DNA of 62,247 nt, the filler included, from Catajapyx aquilonaris (Eukaryota): assembly GCA_000934665.2 (NCBI GenBank). It is 4 parts of 4 records of this genome, joined end to end, with 100 filler letters (N's around TTAATTAATTAA, not from the genome) between each part and the next. Parts side by side here need not be neighbours in the genome. Positions count along the whole stretch, not along the records: positions 30,882 to 46,196 come from JYFJ02007530.1; positions 46,297 to 62,247 come from JYFJ02007532.1; 2 more parts are not named here. One strand, 5' to 3'. The notes under the pieces were generated by a model. That model ran no database searches. It was not told the origin of the DNA and saw only the letters and a list, made by a program, of their open reading frames with translations. Shown here piece by piece: positions 38,525 through 51,223 of this stretch (positions are counted from its first letter, which is position 1; each line of letters opens with the position of its first letter). A program made the position numbers and the translations under genes.

Positions 38525-39187
38525 AATGCAGTGGTGTGAGGACACGACGAAAAATCCGACCTGGAGAAACACACTTACATAGCGGCCCCGGGGCTGCCCC
38601 AGGCCGCCCGCAAACCACAGTTCGCCCCTGGTCACACTCGACACCTTTGAAATTCATTGCATTGGTGTGAGGACACGGCGGAAAATCCTACCTGAGGCAA
38701 CGCACTTACAAAGCTGCCTAAGAATACTAAGGTCTGGTCACTCATTTTTATCGCCTGAATTTGGGGAAAAAAAACTCGGGCTGTGGGGGCTTGCAATTGA
38801 AAAGAAAACTTGCCCTCAACAGGTTAAGGGGGTTGAACACCACCATATTTCCGTTCAGTTTTCTGTGATTTTCTTCGAACACCGTGCAAGGATGACAGGA
38901 TATAAGGATAGGGATGAGGATTTCTGGGGAGGGGACACAGGTCGTTGCTTTGAGCCATGTGCAGTCCCCCAGGAGGTTAGGTTGCCAGACACCTCCAAGG
39001 CGTGGGTGAGAGACCCTGCTGACGCAGGTGAAAGGGAACTCCCAGGCGGGGATCGAACCAAGGACCTTGCACTCAGCAAGCCGAGACGTTACCATCTCGG
39101 CCACTGCACCTCCTCATGTCTTATTCATCTCATTGTTTCATCAATCATGTCTCCTTCTTTAAAATCCGTCTCCTGTCTTTTCAACAG

Positions 39188-39391
39188 CTGGAACCTATCA
39201 ACCTGTCTGAAGTGCACTGTGCGTCTGACCTGGAAAAGTTCAGCCTGGACCATCTAAAAGCTGAACTGACCTCCCGGGGCCTCAAATGTGGAGGGACATT
39301 GCAGCAGAGGGCTGAACGACTCTTCTCAGTGAAAGGCCTGCTTCCAGAACTGATTCCAAAGGCCCTCCTTGCAAAATCAGGAAAGAAATAA
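39188..39391 (+). CDS. SDE2: SDE2-like replication-stress/splicing regulator, terminal SAP-domain exon (upstream exons not identified; may be a gene fragment)
   Basis: Polypyrimidine acceptor ctgtcttttcaacag; LDHLKAELTSRGLKCGGTLQQRAERLFSVKG...LLAKSGKK*. The related SF3A3 segment is internal, whereas this one ends the protein; AATAAA overlaps the stop. Confidence 0.85.
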   Translation: MEPINLSEVHCASDLEKFSLDHLKAELTSRGLKCGGTLQQRAERLFSVKGLLPELIPKALLAKSGKK

Positions 39392-39412
39392 TAAAGGAAA
39401 AGCTGATACATA

Positions 39413-39843
39413 CAGGTGAAGGGAAACTCGCAGACAATCACCAGGTAGGCTGATAGTACTCGCAAAACTATAGCGATGTGCAATTAGTTTTGGGCTCCGT
39501 TGCATAGTTAATGCGTACAGCGCCGCCAAAGTTTCGTGACGTCATATCCGTTCTGCCAGCTTCTAGGAAGCAAAGGTCAGTTTGAGGGCCTCCGGTCCCT
39601 TGCCTAGGTCCCCTAACACATCGTCCATGTGCAAAGGGCAATCATATCCCATCAGAGGGAGAATCCGGGTAGAACACCCATGCACTTTGTCGTTTTTGCC
39701 TCATATTCCACCATCCAGCCCTCTTCACTTTAAGGGCGCTGTACGCATTAACTACACAACAGAGCCAAAAACTAATTGCACATCCCTATATTAGTTTTGC
39801 GAGTACTATAAGTCTACCTGTCCGCGAGTTTCCCTTCACCCTG
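39413..39843. mobile_element. Long-TIR Tc1-type MITE 22 nt after the SDE2-like stop codon
   Basis: CAGGTGAAGGGAAACTCGC ... GCGAGTTTCCCTTCACCCTG; arms about 115 bp. Confidence 0.82.
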
Positions 39844-39915
39844 GATACACAGGGTGGAACGCTGCCAAATTTAACAGTCTGCAAGTGTGGCAATGGTGTA
39901 AAGATGATGGGTTAA

Positions 39916-40512
39916 AGGGACACTCCACTCAAAATACAAGTTGGGTTCTAAAAATTGGGCAAAAAATCCTGATTCCGAGGGTATAAGCAGTTTTTCTGAG
40001 TGACGAACGGTACGGCCAGGGCGAAGGCTGGAAGTGTGTCGTTCGAAAACCGCGCTCAAAGGGCTCGGCGCAGGTGGCGACGCCACCAGAGTGGAACCGG
40101 GCGGAACTAGATGCGGTGTTCAACAGACAACTGCCGCGCGGGGCGCGCTAGGCAGCACAAGCGCGCACCTGATGAGAAGGATGGCGGACCACAGAAAGGA
40201 GGTCGGGTGTGTAAGTGCACCCGATGTTTCGGAGGCCGGCACAGGTCGAGTCCATCTGGCGGTTCGAATACGTTCCGATTTGAATTCGCGGGCAGAGCCA
40301 GACATCGCCTCCATTTCCCATTCCTGCCCGCTAGGCGGCGAGGGTGTCGTGTACAGTAGCATACGGTTGCAACCGTATCGCCAAAATACGCATAATTAAC
40401 CGGTTCCCCTGGGCTCATCGTTCATCGCAAAAAATAATTATCGGTGTCGTTGGAATCGTAATTCTTTGCCCGATTTTTGGGGGCCAACTTGTATTTTGAG
40501 TGGAGTGTCCCT
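39916..40512. mobile_element. Kolobok-type MITE, copy 2, nested in a TIR element of about 39848-41270
   Basis: Same TIR and TTAA TSD; interior colinear with copy 1. Confidence 0.88.
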
Positions 40513-42583
40513 TTAAGTCAGCCCCGGTCACTTCTATATCAGCCCAATAGAAATGGCTGTGCCGTTATCTCTTCCCACATTGACGCTAGTGTATTCCCAC
40601 TGGAATACTACTCACTGCATCATAACGACTAGCAACCCTGGCGGTACAACTCTGCATTAACACCGTTCTCCTGCCGATTCCTACCCGTAGCACTATACCA
40701 AGATGGCCGCAATATGATGCAGTGCATGATCCAGTGAGCGCCAATGTGGGAAGGGATAACGGGACGCTAGATGGTGGCGAGTGCCCAGACCTATTCTTCT
40801 CAGACTATGGATTCAGTTTACCCTGCAGGTGGGTTTGAGTCCCAACATGGACAAAGCAGCATTCATATCTGCCGCCTTATGGAACAGATTGTAATTTTGG
40901 TGGCTGAGATGGCCACACACTAAGGCGGGAGAGAAGCACTCACCACAGTACAGGGCAAGGACAACCAGGGAGTGGTTCTCAGGTGGTAAAAACTGGTCTA
41001 GTGTCTACAAGATTCAACATGAGAGAGCCCAAGTGAAAAAATTAGAGAAATTTGTCCTGGATGAGCAGTCACTGCCTGCTCTTTCCTTGCGCTGTACCAT
41101 GTTGGGCACTTCTCTCCCACCTATGCATAGCCTTTTCAGTCACCAAAATGGCAATCTTGGTACCTATGATGGCAGATACGAATTTTGCATTGTCCATGAT
41201 GAACCTGCAACTCATCTTTACACCCTTGCCACACTTCCCGACTGTTGATTTTGGCTGATTTACACCTCGTATAATGCAATGTTTTCCTCCATTCTGATTT
41301 CATACATGCAACATAATGGAAGTTGCTTATTTGGATGTCATTAACACCATTGTGTTATGCAATTACATATGGTGGAACATTATTGAGAATTTTCTTAAAT
41401 ACAAAGGACATATATCCATGATGATTTTTCATTACCAACTTGAAAGGGAGGGAAGCAGTATAGTTATGTCTTAGAGCTGCAAATGATGCAGGTTGACTTA
41501 GCACGGCTGCCACACAAACCATCGATGGGTGTGTTTCTGGAACTGTGCAAGGGGGCAAATTCGAATCACGCGAATGATGGCATGTTACTACAGTCGGCTC
41601 AAAAATTACATGTGTGGCAAATGGGAATGGCTTTGCTGTGAGTTGGTAATAAATGTTCATGTAAACCACATTAACCTAACCTATCCTAACCTGGTGCACA
41701 GTGACCCAAGAGCAAGTCCCGACCGGCAGCAGCACGCAGTGACTCAAAAGGAAGCCCAGACTGGCACAATGCACACCCAGCCAACCTCTATGGCCCAATA
41801 TGGCTAACCACCCAATGTCTGACTACCAAATATGGCAACCTTCAACGAGCCAATCAGACACCCCCCCCCNTACTGTACATTGTGGTCAGTGGGAGATTTG
41901 AAACAAAAAAAAAAATCATGCTTGAGATACAGGGTGTTCCAAGTTCATGGGTAATTTTTTAGTTATCACTAATATGTCCTTTCATCCTTGCACCGGAGTT
42001 AGAAGAAAAAAATCCGAAAATTGAAGGAAAAATGGTGGTATTCCACCCCCCTATAAGGGCCTATGGCCCTATCACAAGGTAACATTAAAAAAAAAAAAAA
42101 TCACTAATATTGCCAGAAGTACAGAGTGATCGAAAAGGATTCCCTCATTTAATAGCCCTACAACTTGAAAACTTGTAAACATAGTCTATCTTAATGATTT
42201 AAGTTTCGTAATGCTAAGAAATGTTTGAAGTTTTGGTCTTACTTTAGTTTGTTTCAGTATGAGCTCCATTTGTCGCTAAGCAGGTAAAAAGATGGTATTC
42301 AGTCTCATGCCAAACCCGCTCAACCATATCTAGAGTTACCGTTATGATCCTATCCCGTAGGTGCTAGAAATGCTGGATTTTTTCACCATATGCAATGTTC
42401 TTGATGTATCCTCACAAAAAAGACCAGCGGGGTAAGATCTGGGCTTCTGGGGGGGGGCAGGCTTTGGAAAACTTCTCATTCAAGACTTCGCACACTGCGA
42501 GGCTGAACAAAATTGATGATAGTGAAACTTCCCTAGGACAGGTTTGTTTCGTAGATGAGGCAACTTTTTAAATGTGAATCATA

Positions 42584-42928
42584 GGGGATGTGTGGTGGCC
42601 GAGATGGTAACGTCTCGGCTTGCTGAGTGAAAGCTCCCAGGTTCGATCCCCGCCTGGGGAACTTCCTTTCACCTGCGTCAGGAGGGTCTTTGACCTGCAC
42701 CAAGGAGGTGTCTAGCAACCTAACCTCCTGGGGGACTGCACATGGCCCAAACTTGAGACATTGCAACTGCACCCCTGTCCCCTCCCCGAAAATCCCTATC
42801 CTTACCTAATGTCCTCGATTCCTTGCACTGGAGACGGAAGTAAACAAAGCAGAAAATTGCTGGTGGTGTGCCACCCCCCAAAAGGGCCTATGGAGGCCTA
42901 TCACAGGGTAAAAAGTTTTTAAGAAAGA
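42584..42928 (+). mobile_element. SINE family B
   Basis: A box TGGCCGAGATGG, B box GGTTCGATCCC; TSD GTGAATCATA. Confidence 0.88.
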
Positions 42929-43749
42929 GTGAATCATAAAGATGATGTCAAGATCCGGGATATCCAGCACCTATGGGATAGGATCGTAACAGTAATGCCA
43001 GACATGACTGAGTGCGCATCTGCGCATGGCATGAACACTGGATGCCATCATTTGAGGGGTGTGGTGGAAAAACATGATAACCGCCATTTTTGTCATTTTT
43101 GAACTAAACACCTAGCAACTATGTAAAAGTCACAACAAACACTTTGGTATACTCAAAGTTCACATATCATGTACGAGACGGTAACACGGGCTACTTGATA
43201 AGCGACTAGCTGTATTTTCTGGCACTTCCTCAAATGGAAAAACACGATCAGTGACTATATTTTTATACCCTTCACATTCTTCCATTTAATACAACGTGCA
43301 ACAAAGGTTTCTGAACCAGTCAATATTATGCAAGGGAAATTCTCAGCTAGTGTCGAATATCTGACGTGGGCCGCGAAAATTCAATCGCGGCAAAAATGGC
43401 GGATGGCGCTCATCTGATAAGTTTTATTTTTTTCCTCATATTTAGAGTGGGATTTTCGTCAATGCAATGAATGTCCTGGGATTCACAAGGAATGTGCATT
43501 AGGAAATATGAAAAAACGTGTCTGTGACAATCTTTGTTGCTGTAGAGAACTGGTAATTTTCTTTTCTTCCTGATGGACATCCTAAAAAAGTTTTTTTTAG
43601 CTGAATGGGCTGTGACTTTTCTTTAAGTGCCTGTACCTATACACCCACAAGGAAGTGTGCTTTGCACTAGAGTTCAGTTTTAAAATCTAGAATAGCGAGG
43701 TACCATGCTGCGAGGTCAGAAGGGATTGTAATTGTAGTTGTATTGTAGT

Positions 43750-44040
43750 AATAATAATAATAATAATAATTCATACCCCGTTATCAGCCAGCGGCTCTTT
43801 AGGGGGGGATTTATTTTTTTGACTGGAACTCTTCGTTTCGTTTTTACTGCGCTTTTTGGGATAGGAAAGGAAGGAGGCGGCTGTGGCCTATTAGTTTAGG
43901 AAACAACTCCGGAATTCTCCTGGAGGAACCGTGGGAAACCACAGAAAACCATGGTTAGAGTTGCCGGCACCGGGATTCGAACCCAGGACCTCCCGATTAG
44001 CAGTCGGATACCATATCCCCTCCGCCACCACTGCTTTGGT
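43750..44040 (-). mobile_element. SINE family A
   Basis: Same body and tail as the 24370 copy; TSD GTTGTATTGTAGT. Confidence 0.88.
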
Positions 44041-47000
44041 GTTGTATTGTAGTTGTAGTTGTAATTGTAGTTGTTGGGAAGTAATTGTAGGCCCATGCCT
44101 GGAGTGGTGGTCTTTCAAATAATTTCATATTTATCTTTAATTGTCTTCTGAGAGGATTTTCTACCATGATTTCCACAAATGAATGTAAAAAACATTGTTT
44201 TGAGGATAGAGCACTATGTGAGTGATCCATTAAGTGGTATTTAAATTTTCAGCTTTCATCCATTCTGCTTTTGTAGCAGCAATTAGGTCCTAATGTTCTC
44301 AATGGTTGTTTGTCACTATTTTTGTCGATATTTTAAAACTAATTTTTTTTTCTCGTTTCTTATTGGGAAAATGTTCAGAAAATGCAATAGGAACTGACAT
44401 TGCATTACTTAATTCTTCTCAGGTCTCAGGAGGATATACTGAGCTCGGTGAAACCGGCCCTAAATGGGATAGCTTTGAGGTGGGATAAATGATCGAGCAT
44501 GATATCTATACATATATCTTAATAATGATTATTACATCATACATTAAACCTCGAGGCAGTTTTGTCTACATTTTAAATAATTTTGTATATGGTACGTGTA
44601 CATATATAGATCCAGGTAATGACTACACTAGCCATGCTGTAATAATTTTTTATCATTTTATGAAGCTATTAATTTTTATAAACAATTCATAACATTCGTG
44701 GTGCATGGTTATGTCGGGGCTCAAAAAACTTTCTGATTTTGGAACGTCTAGGAATTCGGAATTTCGGTTCAAAAATTCGTGACCTGCAACAATAATAAAC
44801 CATTGTAATCTTGGTTACCATGGTTATCGCTTGTTGACGGTATCTAGCAATTCTGCACTAGTTAATTAGTTGTACTAATTTTTTTCGAATTCTGTTCACT
44901 TAGCCAGAGAACAAGCTTCTAACTGTCCATTGCTGACGGTCATGTGCCACGTAATTGTAGTAATATCACAGGCTTTTAATTGACGATTCATGACCACAAA
45001 ATGACGTGACAATGTGACGATGCTCAAAATTGTCAGAATAATGAAGAATTGTTTCCAGATCTTAATTGTATAGCGTTGCATAGTGTTCGAATAATATTCC
45101 AAACTTGAGAGTTATTCTCTCGGAATGTGCCATGAAGCAAAATTGTATAATGGCAGAATTTCAAAAATCGTGTAGGCTACTGACCACCCTGTCCAGCTGC
45201 TCCCTCAAGTCTTGCCTCAAGTCTGTCTCGTGGCCATGGTTCGAAGTCTTTTTCAGCCTCTATCTCTCTCTATCTTCAAGCTGGTTCCACAAGAAATGAA
45301 AACAAAATGGCCGTCGCAAGGTTATCAGACAAAAGTCACATCAACTCAGCTTAGCTCGCCTAGCTAGTTGTATGGATATATGGTAGTTTAATTACTGTGT
45401 GACCGCCAGGCTGGGAATTTGGCACTGGCGGGGCTACATCGTGCGCTATCCGCCATCTTTTTCAAGGTGCACTCGAGTGGTAAGTCTGCGAAGGCAAAGA
45501 TCGAGCCACACGGCAAACGACGGCAGTTTCACCCGCTACCTACCGCCAGATGCACCTTGACAAGATGGAGGTATAGCGAACGATGTAGCGCCGCCAGCGC
45601 CAATTTCACCCTGGCCGAGAGAGACCAGGATAAGTCGAAGAATGGCAAATCAGCTTCTCCGAAGACGGGGAGGAAGACAGAACTGTCGAGAAAGAGCAAA
45701 GTCCTCCTGACCTCTGCAGGTCGCGGTCATCTCACGTATGCATCTCTGCTTCTGAGGGACTCCAGCTTGATCTGGTCGGGAGGCCAGGAGACCACCTCTT
45801 GTAGGGAAAATTCACACAGAATTTGACCATATTATTTTGGGAGTTTGCCTGGATGTCGTCTGATATTTTACATTATTTTTAAAATAAAACTCTCAATAAG
45901 GGAAAAGCCATGTGCTGTATTCACTCAATAGCCGTGGAATTCTACTTCTATCTTCTACAGTGTGTTTCTCTGCCCATGTTTGTGGTCCAAACAGCGGGGA
46001 CGAGAGGAAGTAAATGGGAGTCATCCTTCACAATAATTGAACAATTTTAATTTACTAGTAGGGGAGAGGGCTGTACCATGGAACACTTTTTCAACATTTA
46101 TTTTTATTTAGTAAAGTTGTTCATGTTTTCAACATGTGAAACTGTCCATGTATAAAGCATATTGTTGCCCACACAATGGAACTTCCTCATTTTGTANNNN
46201 NNNNNNNNNNNNNNNNNNNNNNNNNNNNNNNNNNNNNNNNTTAATTAATTAANNNNNNNNNNNNNNNNNNNNNNNNNNNNNNNNNNNNNNNNNNNNTAGG
46301 CGGCTCGGTACTAGGCCAACACCCTTTTTTCACCTCCTATCCGGCCTCTTCTCATCACGGGATCCCAGTATAGCAGGGCCAGCAAATTAACACGGATCAT
46401 TGGAATGTATTGCATAAGGTTTTGCTGATAAAGACACATTCATTATGAATATTTGTCATTTCCAAGGAATTTGCTAATATAATGAAGGGCATGATTAAAC
46501 AACTTCTAAAGCAATGGTCATTTTGGGCGGGAAAATGGTCTCCATGACGTCACTTCCGTTGCTCAGATGACATTTTTCAAAGGGGGTTCAGAGGGTTCGA
46601 TTCATGCGTAATATGCACCAGTCGCGCCACGATCAAACTGCAAATATTTTTTTAAAAAGGTTATCTACTAAAAAATTCCATCACGATTATCTGGACGATT
46701 ATTATCAATGCGAACATAATTTGGACGACTCCCACACACCGAAATAATTCGCCGAAAAAGGGCTGATTTCCCTCCAGGTCCAAATTTCAGGAGCGCCCCC
46801 CTCCCACCAGAGTTGCGAAATAGGGCTGAAATGTGACATTTCTCATTAGGTCTTATGTGTGAACAACTATTTTTTCTCTCCAAATGAGCCTGAAGGGCAA
46901 CACAGACCCGGCGACAGCATTTAAATTAATTACAAAATTACCACTGAATTTTAAAATTATCACGACAGGACGGACACCGTCGCGTCGATGTCAGTGGTCG

Positions 47001-47139
47001 ACATAATTATCCAAGACGGAGTGGTCGCCGGTGTTTCGGAGTATTCGGACCCATGCCATTCCGTACGCATCCCATACAAGCCAGCAAGGTGAATCACTGA
47101 TGAAAAAGTAGAGCCATGTGTATCCCCGATGACCTAACC

Positions 47140-47347
47140 CAGTGCTTCCCAAACGGTGGGCTCTCGCGAACTTAATATTTTTTGGGGTCGCGAGGGAGGG
47201 TAACAAATTATTGTCACAAAATTCTTCCATCGCACTTGAAAATTATGCTCATAAGGTAAGATAAGGAACAATTCAAACACAAAAATGTGCACATCTGGGG
47301 GGCCGCGAATTTTTCTGGTCGTCAACGTATTGTATTGGGAAGCACTG
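47140..47347. mobile_element. hAT-type MITE
   Basis: CAGTGCTTCCCAA / TTGGGAAGCACTG; TSD not preserved. Confidence 0.7.
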
Positions 47348-47366
47348 GAACCCCTCGGACACTTAC

Positions 47367-47438
47367 CTTGTTGTTCAGCCGAAGAAGAGCTCCCCTGCAC
47401 CGTCTTCCCAGTTGCGCACTGCTAAACTCGGACTCGGA
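47367..47438 (-). CDS. Probable exon 2 of the uncharacterised basic protein
   Basis: 72 nt, acceptor ttcctag, donor AAG|gtaagt, phase 0/0, open: SESEFSSAQLGRRCRGALLRLNNK. Confidence 0.5.
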
Positions 47439-49069
47439 CTAGGAACGGCTCCCGACAGAAAATGGGCAAATGTTTCAGTCACGACAGGTATTATATGGAG
47501 GGCTATTGCCTTAGGGGAAGCCAAAGTCAAGGTTCTCTTTCTCAAGCTTCCCAAAAATTAAATGCCGAAAACCTGTAGCAGGGGTATTCAACTAGTTTAT
47601 GACACTGTCCAGTATTTACCTTTCCTGGGCCATTGAAGGTCCGGACACCCCCCCCCCCCCTCCCCCGTGTAAAGACAAGGATTATATATTTTTATATGGT
47701 ACCACATGGTTCATTTTTTAAAATAGAGACATGTGCAGCAAGGGTAGAAGGACCTATCAACCAAACAAGGAACATGTGTGCAAAGTGGCTTCCTTGCATC
47801 ACAAAAATGCTGTTATTTTTTGACGTACCGCGGGGACAATGCCTGCTTCACTCAAACTCCGTGACCCAGACCACTTAACTGCCAATGACCATTTCCCCCT
47901 CCAATTAGACACAGCCCCCTTTTCCACCATCGGCCCCTGCTTCTAACGGGATCCCCCCCAACATGGGGTGTGGAAGAAGGACCCTCCAAATATGAATGGT
48001 CAGGGCAATCAACTCGGAGAGCACTGCAATAATATTATACAATCAATGTTTAGTCAAGGTAGCGACATTATCAAGGGAAAGAGGAGACGGGATTGGTGTC
48101 ACTTCATCGACGAGAAAAAGAGCAATGCCAGTGACCCCTGCTTCTCACTTTGGTTCATTCCGCGCCACATGAGCCGAAAAGGGTGAATGTGACAGACCAT
48201 TTGACTGTAAGCTTGTTACCGTCTCAACCTGCAGTAGGATACAATATTAGTAAATTCTGGGCAATATAAGCACGTAATATTATTTTTAAATAACCTCTGA
48301 TAGCAGATGATTAATAATAATAGACAGTTAATTGCAAAAAATTAAAGCAATCGGACAAGTACATGTTTTGGCCACATTATCTTGGTCTTGAAGCAACCCT
48401 TCACACCACACACCTCCTCACCGTGGGGCATGTGCGAAGGGTTACTTCAAGACCAGTGTATAAAGTGGCCAAAACAATTTGAGTCCCATAGTATGTTTTC
48501 GGGCTTGAGCCTAACGTATGCAGTTCCCGTTTTCTGGAAAAGAGAAATAATTGTGAAATATTTATCACTGCAAAATTTTATTGGCTTAGTACTAGTGCAT
48601 AAAATGCACCAATACACTCATTTGGTACATAATCCGTTCTCTAAATGCACCTAGCACATAAAATTATTCACTATTCTGCGTACACTGCAGGCTACATCAA
48701 ATTACGCATTAATTACATGCATAAAAGTAGTAAGAAAAGGGCGCAGGAAAAGTGAATAATATTAATATGTGCTAGGTGCCTTAAATGAATGGTTTGTGAT
48801 ACTTTGGTCAATTGGTTTTCACAACTATACTTGAGGTTTCTGTTGGCCGCTCTCCACCTAGCTCGTCAGTATTATTCCTAGACCTGTTAACTTGCATGGG
48901 ACAGCGGGAAGAGGTGGAGCCTTCCCTGGCCATCGGTTCACGTTGTAGTACCCAGGACCAATCTTTTTTGCCTGTAACCATAATAGAAGCAAATTTAAAG
49001 TGTCAAGGCTGTGCCACGAAAAACACAAGGATGATCTGTAATGAGTACAGTATAAGATGACTGAAATTG

Positions 49070-49144
49070 AAACGAGCTCTGTCGGAATATAAAATTATTT
49101 TTTATAATATAAAAAATAATTTTATATTCCGACAGAGCTCGTTT
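49070..49144. repeat. Perfect palindrome, 37-bp arms, 1-nt spacer
   Basis: AAACGAGCTCTGTCGGAATATAAAATTATTTTTTATA-A-exact reverse complement. Confidence 0.95.
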
Positions 49145-49763
49145 GCTCGTATGCAATAATGCACAATCTGAGCAAAATCATGCTGCACACTTTAGAAAAA
49201 CTGCGTGAGAATATAAATTTTACGTGTGAGTGAAGATTTGTAACACGTCTTGAGCGATTCTAGAAAAGAATTAGTAGAAATTACTCCCGAACGAGCATTA
49301 TGTAATCATAATTGGACTCATATATCGAACGACCAAAGCATACGATTTCGTGGAGAAACTTGAGTGAAAAAATGCACAGTCAAAAACCACCTAATGCCTA
49401 ATTGAGTTCAGGATTACTTGCTTCTTGACAATGAAATCTGATAATAATATATTTTTTTGTAAATCTTTCAACAATCTGTCCAACGTCTGTGTGATAATGT
49501 AAGACGCAAATAGTCTCAAAAATGCTGACTCACCAGTTCTTCTCTAGTCTGGTAAAGTTTCTTGTAGCGCTCCGCTGGTTTCAGAGCATTCATACGCTCA
49601 ATGTCAATGTGTATGCCATACTTTGATGATTGTTGTTGGGCTAGTCCTTTAAACATGAGTGGATACTACAAGAAAGATAGGTGAAGCACAACGTGGAAAA
49701 CTATTTACACATTGATAACATGTGGATGAGTTCAAAGAGGAACGTGAAATTCAGTAAACTTAC

Positions 49764-50162
49764 CGCATGACGATCCTTGGCCACCACATTTTGCATGAAA
49801 AAGGTGGCCACGCCCTTCCGATATCGTTCCAAGGCATTGTGCACGTCCATTCGGTATTTTGCCTTGGAACGTCGCAAGACATTGATGTATTGTTGCATTG
49901 TGTTTGGCACCTTCTTGCGGTACTGGTCTTGAGATTTGAGCAGTTCTTTCTTGCGACGTTTATCCTTGGAACTGCGCCAGTCCCTGAAGTATTGTTCCAT
50001 AGGATTTACCTCCGGCTTGCGGGCTATATTTTCAATTTTGCGTTGATCGACGGAACCGCACAACTTCTTGAGGTACAGCTCCATTGAATTTGGCACCCTC
50101 TTTAAGAATGGGTCCTTGAGCTGGTCCTCATCTACCTGGAATGTTACCCTCCCGGATGCCAT
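49764..50162 (-). CDS. Uncharacterised basic protein with internal repeats, coding exon 1
   Basis: caagATGG start context, 133 codons, consensus donor GCG|gtaagt (phase 0); four VxNxM[EQ]xY-like repeats. Confidence 0.7.
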
Positions 50163-51223
50163 CTTGCACGCTTCCTTTTAAGACCTTGCAGATGGAACTC
50201 GATGGAGTTGTTGTCAAAAGTCCTGTTGCTAAGATTCTGGATGACACGTCAGGCCAATGTTGCCACAATCAACAATGATGCATTGTAGAGGGGAGCTGCA
50301 TGCGTTGTCAAGTCTCTATTATTTAGTCCGGATTGAACTTTGCATTTTGTGACAAAAGTATGAAACTCGGTATACACACCTGTCTGGAATGTAAATTTTT
50401 TTTAAATCACATCCCCGTATCTGGTTGGAGTTAATAAAAGTTTCATTCTTATATTATTGAAATCCAAGTTGATATCGAACTGTTTGCATTTTACTGATAT
50501 TAGCATGTTATAGGAAGACTATCGTATGTGCTGGTCATGGATATCATGATGATGAAAAAATGCGGATTATTAAATCAAAATTCCAGTATTGTTGTCATGC
50601 ACTAGAAAAGGGATGATTTTTTAAATACATATAGTGTAATATTTTATTTCAAACGCTTTATTTCGCAATATATTCACAATCTACACTTCATTGCAATGTA
50701 GGGTTGGGAAGACATTTGCGATTTTAAAATATGCCCTGTAAGGTGCCGTTTTTTGAATTAAGTTGTTATGCATATTTTGCTTCGGTTTTACAGGGGGGGG
50801 GGGATGACAAGGTTGGAGATATTTTACTTTGAATATTGGGTCTCCAGAAGCTACTGCAGTATGAGGATAGACAATTTACAAGGTCCATGGCAGCGTACTC
50901 CCTTAGTCACACAGAGAAGCTTTTGCTTATATTCCGTTTACTTTGTGCAAAAAAATAACAAATCGGATTGGCTAAGATTTGGGTTGGTTCTACTCTGCTG
51001 CTTTTGTTCACACAAAACCAATGCAAAAACTCGGCTCACATGTCTTTGGCAATCCTGTTTGTGATCCCTCACACCTCTACCTGTCTGCTTCTTGACATTC
51101 CCGACATAAACTTCCTTCTTCTAAATCCCAAATCAAGGATTCCACCTAAACCCTTCATAATAACGGAATATTGAAGATGACAGGGTGTAGGCTACTATGT
51201 GAATTGGGTCTTTAACACCGGCA

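Larger units (their letters stand above)
31795..38823. mobile_element. Non-autonomous piggyBac-type element hosting the Gypsy and a hAT MITE
   Basis: TTAA-CCTGTTGAGGGC ... GCCCTCAACAGG-TTAA, perfect 12-bp TIR. Confidence 0.85.
31748..39115 (-). mobile_element. tRNA-derived SINE family B, split (head 39115-38828, tail 31790-31748)
   Basis: 13-bp TSD ATGTCTTATTCAT at 31735-47 and 39116-28; rejoined halves match intact copies at 42584 and 61096. Confidence 0.88.
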
